Shown: in pieces, positions 57,056 to 64,000 of the stretch
How the letters are laid out: every line of letters begins with the position of its first letter
Numbering within the stretch: the stretch's first letter is position 1
Origin: Tagaea sp.
GTDB taxonomy: Bacteria > Pseudomonadota > Alphaproteobacteria > CACIAM-22H2
Assembly: GCA_044378015.1 (NCBI GenBank)
Contig: JBILXZ010000015.1
Location: 3,013 to 67,012, forward strand
Length of the DNA: 64,000 bases
Reading direction: 5' to 3'
Notes under the pieces: generated by a model
The model's database searches: none
What the model was told of the DNA's origin: nothing
What the model saw: the letters and a program-made list of their open reading frames with translations, nothing else
Position numbers and translations under genes: made by a program

Positions 57056-58222
57056 ATGGCCGACGACCCGACTACACGCGTTTATGACCTTGCAGTGGTC
57101 GGCGCCGGGATCGTTGGGCTTGCGCACGCCTATGCTGCTGCCAAACGCGGCAAACGCGTAATCGTTATCGATCGCGATGCGCAGGCCAACGGCGCCTCCG
57201 TCCGGAATTTTGGATTCGTCACCGTAACCGGCCAAGAAAGAGGACAGTGCTGGGCGCGCGCAATGCGAAGCCGCGACGTATGGACCGAGGTCGCGGACGC
57301 GGCTGGGATCTGCATCGAACATGCCGGACTTTTTGTCGCGGCGCGTAGACCTGAGGCGATGTGCGTGCTCGAGGCATTCATGGCGACCGAAATGGGGCAG
57401 GATTGTCGGTTGCTGGCCGCTGCCGATGCGCAAGCGCACGTTCCCGTCTTGCGCCTTGGTTCGGCCCTTGGCGGGCTTTGGTCGCCGCACGAGCGGCGTG
57501 TCGAAAGTCGCGATGCGATCCCCAAACTCGCAGCCTGGCTCGAAGCAGCATTAGGCGTCGTTTTTCTGCGCTCGACACTTGCAAAGGACGTCACTCCGCC
57601 GCGCATCGAAACCACGCGCGGAACCGTTTTTGCCGAAGCGGCAGTTGTGTGCCCTGGCCACGATTTTCTCTCACTGTTTCCCGACCGGCTGGCCGCCTAC
57701 AGGCTTACGACCTGCAAGCTCCACATGCTCCGCGTGCAGCCCGAGTCGCATGTGCGCAAGCTCGACTGCGCGGTTATGTCCGATCTTGGCCTCGTGCGGT
57801 ATCTGGGCTACGCGGCGCTGCCCGAGGCGCAAGCGCTTCGCGTCCGACTCGAGGCGGAGCAGGGATCGTCTCTCAAGCACGGCATCCATCTCATCGCCGT
57901 GCGGTCGGCGGACGGATCGCTGGTAGTCGGCGACAGCCATCATTACGGCGATACGGTCGATCCTTTTGCGCCCGACGAAGTTGACCGGCTCATTCTCGAC
58001 GAACTCGACGCGGTGCTCGATCTCGGCGCGCGAAAAGTGACCGAGCGCTGGGTCGGAACCTATGCCTCGTCGCCCGATCGGTTGATGCTGATCGATCAGC
58101 CCGCCGACAACGTCCGACTTGTCATCGTTACGAGCGGAACGGGCGCTTCCACGGCCTTTGCAATTGGCGAGGAAGTGATCGACGACCTTTTTGGCAATTC
58201 GAAGCAGGAAGTCCCCCAATGA
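57056..58222 (+). CDS. FAD-dependent oxidoreductase of the DAO/glycine-oxidase type found in phosphonate clusters (TIGR03364-like)
   Basis: MADDPTTRVYDLAVVGAGIVGLAHAYAAAKRGKRVIVIDRD dinucleotide fold. ATGA-coupled to the phosphonatase gene. ATG at 57056 is preferred over the track start at 56990. Confidence 0.8.
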   Translation: MADDPTTRVYDLAVVGAGIVGLAHAYAAAKRGKRVIVIDRDAQANGASVRNFGFVTVTGQERGQCWARAMRSRDVWTEVADAAGICIEHAGLFVAARRPEAMCVLEAFMATEMGQDCRLLAAADAQAHVPVLRLGSALGGLWSPHERRVESRDAIPKLAAWLEAALGVVFLRSTLAKDVTPPRIETTRGTVFAEAAVVCPGHDFLSLFPDRLAAYRLTTCKLHMLRVQPESHVRKLDCAVMSDLGLVRYLGYAALPEAQALRVRLEAEQGSSLKHGIHLIAVRSADGSLVVGDSHHYGDTVDPFAPDEVDRLILDELDAVLDLGARKVTERWVGTYASSPDRLMLIDQPADNVRLVIVTSGTGASTAFAIGEEVIDDLFGNSKQEVPQ

Positions 58223-59022
58223 CCCTTAAAGCGTTGGTTTTCGACTGGGCCGGTACCATGCTCGACCACGGCTCGCGCGCGCCGATGGGCGCGTTTGTAA
58301 AAGTATTCGAGCAGTTCGGAGTGGCGATCTCCGTTGCCGAGGCACGTCGCCCGATGGGGCTGCCGAAATGGGAGCATATCGAAGCGCTCTTGGCTGCGCC
58401 GGAGATTGCGACCCGCTGGCAGGCTAAACACGGTACAGTACCGGGAAATGCGGATGTTGATCGGATTTACGAAGTTTTTGTACCAATGAACGCTGCCGTC
58501 GTCACCGACTATGCCGACCTGATTCCGGGCGTGATTGAAACCGTTCGCGCAGCGCGCGCACGCGGCCTCAGAATTGGTTCCACCACGGGGTACACACGCG
58601 AGATCATGGATCGTCTGGTTCCTGCCGCCCGAGCCCAGGGTCTCGAACTCGACAATCTCGTTTGCGCGGGCGATTTGGCGCTCGGGCGCCCGACGCCGAT
58701 GATGATGTACAAATGTTTTCTTGATCTCGGCGTTTGGCCGGCCGCGTGCATGGTAAAGATCGACGATACGGAAGTGGGCATTGCCGAAGGACTGGCCGCC
58801 GGTTGCTGGACCGTTGGCGTCGCCCTTTCGGGCAACGCTTGCGGGCTCTCGCAAGAGGAGCTGCAGGCATCAACACCTTCCGAGGTCGCTGCGCATCGCG
58901 CGCGCGCGCTCGAAACATTGACGCGATGCGGCGCGCATTTTGTCATCGACAGCGTGGCGCAGTTGCTTCCGATCCTCGACGTCATCGAAGGGAAGCTAGC
59001 ACGTGGCGAACGGCCGAGTTGA
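58219..59022 (+). CDS. phnX: Phosphonoacetaldehyde hydrolase (phosphonatase, HAD superfamily)
   Basis: VFDWAGTMLDHG (DxAGT nucleophile motif), RPMGLPK, IGSTTGYTREIMD, KIDDT, and WTVGV closely parallel characterised PhnX. Confidence 0.85.
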   Translation: MTLKALVFDWAGTMLDHGSRAPMGAFVKVFEQFGVAISVAEARRPMGLPKWEHIEALLAAPEIATRWQAKHGTVPGNADVDRIYEVFVPMNAAVVTDYADLIPGVIETVRAARARGLRIGSTTGYTREIMDRLVPAARAQGLELDNLVCAGDLALGRPTPMMMYKCFLDLGVWPAACMVKIDDTEVGIAEGLAAGCWTVGVALSGNACGLSQEELQASTPSEVAAHRARALETLTRCGAHFVIDSVAQLLPILDVIEGKLARGERPS

Positions 59023-59107
59023 AACATCGAACCTTTTCCGTTGCACCATAGCCGACGGCGTCTACCACTAAAAGCATGCGACGAGTACTGCTTGCGGGTC
59101 TTGCGGC

Positions 59108-59242
59108 GGATCTCGCGGACATGTTGCTCGGCGGTGCCGTTCGACGGGGTGTGTTTCATCGGTCTCATCTTCGTCCCCTTCGCACTGACAACGAGCCGAA
59201 AACACCCCGATACGCAGCCTACTTAAACTGTCCTACAGGCGC
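59108..59242 (+). repeat. Copy B of the ~135-bp direct repeat, upstream of the phosphonate ABC transporter operon
   Basis: ctcggcggtgccgttcgacggggtgtgtttcatcggtctcatcttcgtccc…aaactgtcctacaggcgctgacg. Confidence 0.8.
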
Positions 59243-59402
59243 TGACGGTGAACACAGTTCATCCTTTAGTCTCTAAAGTCGGCCTATTTATCCCAAGATC
59301 CCTGGGTAAATCATAAATCCGTAACCGGTCCGCCATAATTTATTTGCGAAGTACGATTCACTCTAATTACTCGACACACATTCCAATCGGTTGAGGCAAT
59401 CC

Positions 59403-60449
59403 ATGTTCAAAACCCTGAAGCGCGGCATCAAACCGCTAGCAATTGCGGCTACGGCGCTGGCAACGTTGCTTGCAGCCCAAACGGCGGACGCCCAGCAGCG
59501 TACCCGCATCACCGTCTATACGGCGCTGGAGAACGATCAGCTGGCGCCGTTCAAGGAGGCTTTCGAGCGTGCGGTCAACGATGTCGAGATCGCCTGGGTC
59601 CGCGACTCGACCGGCACCATCACCGCCCGCTTCCTTGCCGAGCGCGAAAATCCGCGCGCCGACGCCATTTGGGGGTTGGCCGTCACTTCGTTATTGGCCT
59701 TCGAGCAGCAAAACCTGCTCGCCGAGTACAATCCGCCCAACGCGGCCGCGCTGAAGCCCAGCTTCCGCGACACCAACGGGCCGGTCACCTGGCACGGCAT
59801 GGACGCGTTCGCAGCGGCCATTTGCTACAACTCGGCCGTCGCCCGGCAGCGCAATTTGCCGCCCATCCGCACTTGGGCCGATTTGCTGAACCCCGCCTTC
59901 CGCGGCCAGATCGTCATGCCGAACCCGGCCTCGTCGGGGACGGGTTATCTGACGGTTTCGGCGTGGCTGTCGATCATGGGCGAGGCACCGGGCTGGGAGT
60001 ACATGACTCGCCTGCACGACAACGTGGCCGTCTACACCCATTCGGGCTCCGCGCCGTGCGTGCAAGCCGCGCGCGGCGAAGCGGCCGTGGGCATTTCCTT
60101 CGACATGCGTGCGGCGCGCGAGAAGACGCAAGGTGCGCCGGTCGACATCGTCGTGCCGACGGACGGCGTGGGTTGGGAAATGGAAGGCTCGGCCATTGTT
60201 CGCGGCACGCGCAACATGGCGGCAGCTCAAAAGCTGATGGACTTCTCGGCGAGCCAGGCAGCCAACCAGCTCTATGCGCGCTACTACAACATCGTCGCCC
60301 ACCCTGCCGTTCAGGGTGCAGCGCCCAACTACCCGGCCGAGACCGAAAGCCGCCTGATCCGTGCGGATTTCGCCGCGATCGCCGGAATGCGCGACCGCGT
60401 GCTGGCGGAGTGGACGCGCCGCTTCGACGGCAAGTCCGCGCCGCGCTGA
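59403..60449 (+). CDS. ABC transporter substrate-binding protein (Fe3+/2-aminoethylphosphonate type, PhnS-like)
   Basis: ATG at 59403 with a signal peptide (…AIAATALATLLAAQTADAQQ). Family-1 SBP of the Fe3+-type clade. Confidence 0.8.
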   Translation: MFKTLKRGIKPLAIAATALATLLAAQTADAQQRTRITVYTALENDQLAPFKEAFERAVNDVEIAWVRDSTGTITARFLAERENPRADAIWGLAVTSLLAFEQQNLLAEYNPPNAAALKPSFRDTNGPVTWHGMDAFAAAICYNSAVARQRNLPPIRTWADLLNPAFRGQIVMPNPASSGTGYLTVSAWLSIMGEAPGWEYMTRLHDNVAVYTHSGSAPCVQAARGEAAVGISFDMRAAREKTQGAPVDIVVPTDGVGWEMEGSAIVRGTRNMAAAQKLMDFSASQAANQLYARYYNIVAHPAVQGAAPNYPAETESRLIRADFAAIAGMRDRVLAEWTRRFDGKSAPR

Positions 60450-60520
60450 ACGCGTTTGGCGAAGATGGAGGACGGGGCGGCGACAGGGTCGCCCCGTTTC
60501 CCGTTCTTCAAGAGACTGCA

Positions 60521-61579
60521 ATGATCCATTTGTCCGTCGAAAACCTGACCAAGCGCTTCGGCCCGTTCCACGCGGTGCGCGAGGCAAGCTTCGAGGTGGG
60601 TCAGGGCGAATTCGTCTGCCTGCTCGGCCCCTCGGGCTGCGGCAAAACCACCTTGCTGCGCATGATCGCAGGCCTCGAGTACGTCACCTCGGGACGCATC
60701 GTCCAGACAGGCCGCGACATCACCAACCTGCCGCCGTCCGAACGGGATTTCGGCATCGTTTTCCAGTCCTACGCGCTGTTCCCGAATCTCAGCGTATTCG
60801 ACAACATTGCCTACGGCCTGCGTTCGAAGGGCATCGGCCGCGCGCAGTCGCGCGAAAGGGTCGAGGAGTTGCTCGCCCTCGTGGGCCTGCCCGGCGAATC
60901 GTCCAAGTACCCCGCACAGCTTTCCGGCGGCCAGCAGCAGCGCGTGGCTTTGGCGCGGGCACTTGCCATCCAGCCCGGTCTGCTGCTGCTCGACGAACCG
61001 CTTTCCGCTCTCGATGCGCGCGTACGCCACCATCTGCGCCACGAAATCCGCGCCCTGCAGCGCCGCCTGGGCGTGACCACGATCATGGTCACCCACGATC
61101 AGGAGGAGGGTCTGACGATGGCCGACCGGATCGCCGTGATGAATGCCGGCGGAATCGAACAATTCGCGACACCCCACGAGCTTTACGCCAGACCCACCAC
61201 GCCCTTCGTGGCCGACTTTGTGGGTACGACGAATTTTCTGGCCGCGACGTTCGTCGCCCCCGGACGCGTGGCCGCCGCCGGTCGCGAGCTTGCCGCCGAA
61301 ACGCCGCCCGGTTTGGGGGCGGGGGCCAAACTGCGCTTGTGCGTGCGACCCGAGGATATCCAGGTGCGCAACGTCTTCGAGGGCACGCCCAACCGGCTCG
61401 ACGTTGCGGTCGGCGAGTTGGTCTTCATGGGCGCCTTCAGCCGCGCGCGACTCGACACAGCCGACGCCAGCTTGCAGGCCGATTTCTCGGCCAACCTGCT
61501 GCGCGATGCGCAGGTCTCGAAAGGTGTGAAGCTCGCGATAGCACTGCCGGCCGATCGCTTGCGCGTCTTTGCGAACTAG
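60521..61579 (+). CDS. ABC transporter ATP-binding protein (PhnT/FbpC-like)
   Basis: GPSGCGKTT Walker A, LSGGQQQRVALARAL signature, and a TOBE-like C-terminus. ATG at 60521, in frame within the 636-aa track ORF. Confidence 0.9.
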   Translation: MIHLSVENLTKRFGPFHAVREASFEVGQGEFVCLLGPSGCGKTTLLRMIAGLEYVTSGRIVQTGRDITNLPPSERDFGIVFQSYALFPNLSVFDNIAYGLRSKGIGRAQSRERVEELLALVGLPGESSKYPAQLSGGQQQRVALARALAIQPGLLLLDEPLSALDARVRHHLRHEIRALQRRLGVTTIMVTHDQEEGLTMADRIAVMNAGGIEQFATPHELYARPTTPFVADFVGTTNFLAATFVAPGRVAAAGRELAAETPPGLGAGAKLRLCVRPEDIQVRNVFEGTPNRLDVAVGELVFMGAFSRARLDTADASLQADFSANLLRDAQVSKGVKLAIALPADRLRVFAN

Positions 61580-63251
61580 CGCGTTGCGTACCCGCCTCGA
61601 TCTCGATGCGATTTTTCAACGCCTTGCTTTGCTGGCGGTGGCGGGTTTTCTGGTCGTCGCGCTGGCGCTGCCGCTCGGCACGCTGTTCGAAAAAAGCTTC
61701 CGCGATCGCGACGGCGCCTGGGTCGGGCTCGCCAACTGGCTGCGCTATCTCGAAACCCCGTCGCTGGTCGCGTCGCTGTGGAACACGATTTGGGTTTCGG
61801 CGCTGGCCACCGCCGTCGTCGTGCCGCTCGCGTTCGTCTACGCCTACGCGCTCACGCGCACGACCATGCCGTGGCGCGGATTCTTCCGCGCGGTCGGTCT
61901 CATCCCGATCCTGGCGCCGTCGCTATTGCCCGCAATCTCGCTCATCTATCTGTTCGGCAATCAGGGTTTTGCGCGCTGGATGCTGATGGGCGAAAGCGTC
62001 TACGGGCCCATCGGCATCGTGATCGCGCAGGTCTTCTACTGCTTCCCGCACGCTTTCTTGATTCTGGCGACGGCTTTGTCGATCGCCGACAAGCGCCACT
62101 ACGAAGCCGCGGGCGTGCTCGGCGCGGGCAATGCGCGCATCTTCCTGACCGTGACGCTGCCCGGCGTCAAATACGGCATCGTCAGCGCCTTCTTCGTGGT
62201 GTTCACGCTGGTCGCCACCGATTTCGGCATCCCCAAGGTGATCGGCGGACGCTTCAACGTGCTGGCCACCGACATCTACAAACAAGTCGTCGGCCAGCAG
62301 AATTTCGAGATGGGTGCGGTCGTCGGCATGGTGCTGCTGATCCCCGCTTGCCTCGCCTTCGCCGCCGACCGTTGGGTGGCGCGTCGGCAGGTCGCTTTGC
62401 TATCCGCACGCGCCGTACCCTATGCGCCCGAGCCCGACCCGGCACGCGATCGCGCCCTGCTGGTCTTCTGCGCGCTGGTGGCGTTCTGCATCGTGGCACT
62501 GCTTGGCGTCGCAGCCTGGGGCAGTTTCATCCAATACTGGCCCTGGAACCTGAGCTATACGCTGCGCCACTATGTGATTTCGAACGCCGATGCATCGGGA
62601 TGGGAGTCGTATTTCAATTCGCTGGAGATGTCGGTTCTGGTCGCAACCTTCGGCACGGCCGTCGTGGGCTTCGGTGCGTGGCTGGTGGAAAAGACCAAAG
62701 GAGCCGGCGCATTGCGCGGTCTGGTGCATCTGCTGGCGATGATTCCGCTGGCGGTCCCAGGCCTCGTGCTGGGTATCGCCTACATTTTCTTTTTCAATTC
62801 GCCGAACAATCCGCTCGGCTTCATCTACGGCACGATCGCGATTTTGACTTTGAACACGATCGCGCATTTCTACACGGTTGCGCACCTTACGACGCTGCAA
62901 GCGCTCAAGCAGATGGACGCCGAATTCGAGAGCGTTTCGGCTTCGCTCAAAGTATCGGTCTGGCGAACCGGCTGGCGCGTGACTTTGCCGGTAGTATCGC
63001 CGACGCTGCTCGACGTGTGGTTCTATATGTTCGTGAATGCCATGACGACGGTCTCGGCCGTCGTCTTCCTCTACGGGCCGTTCACCAAGCTCGCGTCGGT
63101 TTCGATCGTCAACATGGACGAAGCCGGTTTCACCGCCTCGGCGGCAGCGATGGGCGTGGCTATCATGCTCACCTCGGCCTTCGCCAAGCTGCTGCATTCG
63201 ATGCTCGCGGCGTGGCTGGCCAAGCGCACCCAAGCCTGGCGCAAGCGCTGA
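61569..63251 (+). CDS. ABC transporter permease, fused two-domain (PhnU/FbpB-like). Start is uncertain (TTG 61569, TTG 61584 or GTG ~61638).
   Basis: ~550 aa with two tandem 6-TM domains, each carrying an EAA-like loop. Confidence 0.8.
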   Translation: MRTSALRTRLDLDAIFQRLALLAVAGFLVVALALPLGTLFEKSFRDRDGAWVGLANWLRYLETPSLVASLWNTIWVSALATAVVVPLAFVYAYALTRTTMPWRGFFRAVGLIPILAPSLLPAISLIYLFGNQGFARWMLMGESVYGPIGIVIAQVFYCFPHAFLILATALSIADKRHYEAAGVLGAGNARIFLTVTLPGVKYGIVSAFFVVFTLVATDFGIPKVIGGRFNVLATDIYKQVVGQQNFEMGAVVGMVLLIPACLAFAADRWVARRQVALLSARAVPYAPEPDPARDRALLVFCALVAFCIVALLGVAAWGSFIQYWPWNLSYTLRHYVISNADASGWESYFNSLEMSVLVATFGTAVVGFGAWLVEKTKGAGALRGLVHLLAMIPLAVPGLVLGIAYIFFFNSPNNPLGFIYGTIAILTLNTIAHFYTVAHLTTLQALKQMDAEFESVSASLKVSVWRTGWRVTLPVVSPTLLDVWFYMFVNAMTTVSAVVFLYGPFTKLASVSIVNMDEAGFTASAAAMGVAIMLTSAFAKLLHSMLAAWLAKRTQAWRKR

Positions 63252-63260
63252 CAAGCGTGC

Positions 63261-63280
63261 CTGATTGCCGTCAGACGGCC
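63261..63280. repeat. 19-nt hairpin repeat CTGATTGCCGTCAGACGGC (copy 2)
   Basis: Differs from 53268..53286 by a single inserted T. Lies 10 nt after the permease stop. Confidence 0.6.
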
Positions 63281-63518
63281 AGGCGACCTTTACCTAGCGG
63301 GGTGTTCTTGGGCCTGACAGACCGAGACCATATGTTCGGGAGCGGCGTCCCGACGAGGAAAATGATGAGAACCGTTGGACGATCGAAACTATCACCGATC
63401 CAGTAGGAAATCGTCGCGCACCGACCCGATAGAAATCCGTCACTATAGCGAGGGTTGCGTCCCTCCGCGCACGTCGTATCGTTGCGCGCAAAATGATGTG
63501 CCCTAGAGCGTGATCGCT

Positions 63519-63992
63519 TCATTGTGACGCGTATCCGGCGTTTTTGAAGTAGTTGGCGCATTCTCGCGGCTCGAAGACGTGGCACAGCGAACCAATGCGG
63601 CGCCATGTGTCTTCGACGGTCCTTGGCTCGGCTTTGCGCAATAGGGTCTTGAGTTTGGCGAAGACCTGCTCGATCGGGTTGCGATCGGGGCTGTAGGGCG
63701 GCAAGAAGAAGAGCTTGGCACCGGTCGCGCGTATCGCATCGCGCACCGCTTGGCTTTTGTGGCTGCCCAGATTGTCCATCACGACGATGTCGCCGGGCTT
63801 CAAGGTCGGAGCCAGTATCTGTTCGACATAGGCCAAGAAGCTCTCGCCGTTGATCGGCCCGTCGAACACGCACGGTGCCGTGAGCCGATCGCAGCGCAAA
63901 GCGGCAAGGAAGGTCAGCGTGCGCCAATGCCCGTGCGGCACGCGGTCCACAAGCCGGACGCCGCGCGGGCTCCGGCCGTGGGTCCGCGTCAT
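63519..63992 (-). CDS. IS630-family transposase, DDE C-terminal portion. The N-terminal HTH part lies beyond the window end.
   Basis: …[14 protein letters not shown]…[22 protein letters not shown]… are the DD(34)E blocks of IS630/Tc1-like transposases. Confidence 0.75.
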   Translation of the reverse strand: MTRTHGRSPRGVRLVDRVPHGHWRTLTFLAALRCDRLTAPCVFDGPINGESFLAYVEQILAPTLKPGDIVVMDNLGSHKSQAVRDAIRATGAKLFFLPPYSPDRNPIEQVFAKLKTLLRKAEPRTVEDTWRRIGSLCHVFEPRECANYFKNAGYASQ

Positions 63993-64000
63993 GTTCGTCT

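Noticed and set aside
61778-63406. 542-aa ORF, with 60361..61986, 10695..11648 and 9052..9732
   Set aside because: These are out-of-frame or upstream read-throughs of real ABC genes. They show no transporter motifs, whereas the alternative frame has clear Walker/EAA motifs.
63271-63927. 218-aa minus-strand ORF
   Set aside because: It overlaps the IS630 transposase in another frame and has low-complexity Arg-rich translation. Its stop merely coincides with the GCCGTCAGACGGC hairpin.
1-64000. CRISPR arrays, rRNA genes, complete integrase, toxin–antitoxin pairs
   Set aside because: No short regularly spaced direct repeats, no rRNA-like conserved blocks, no tyrosine or serine recombinase motifs, and no small paired ORFs were found in any frame.

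Overview
High-GC (~65%) alphaproteobacterial-type accessory DNA; lineage inferred from gene content and codon style only. Most of the window is uptake and oxidative catabolism: six operons built on ABC or TRAP transporters, together with GntR and LacI regulators and many oxidoreductases, spanning 1–52.8 kb. From 53.0 kb onward there is a mobile, island-like segment. It begins at a tRNA 3'-end fragment plus terminator, followed by a pRiA4b-ORF3-like gene, a complete IS66-type element, a 2-aminoethylphosphonate (phosphonatase-pathway) cluster, and a partial IS630-family transposase at the window edge. A complete IS3-family element (17445..18723) sits between two catabolic operons. No CRISPR array, rRNA or intact tRNA was found. 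The most notable structure not explained by the genes is a set of six cre-like LacI-type operator sites (perfect half-site GCTTACAT) that tie several promoters between 26.9 and 43.8 kb into one predicted regulon. Three repeat families also stand out: a ~58-bp nested-hairpin element in three direct copies, two of which bracket a whole operon; a ~135-bp repeat upstream of both phosphonate operons; and a 19-nt hairpin duplicated at 53.27 and 63.27 kb. Many long ORFs in the six-frame track are high-GC antisense or out-of-frame artefacts and were not called.
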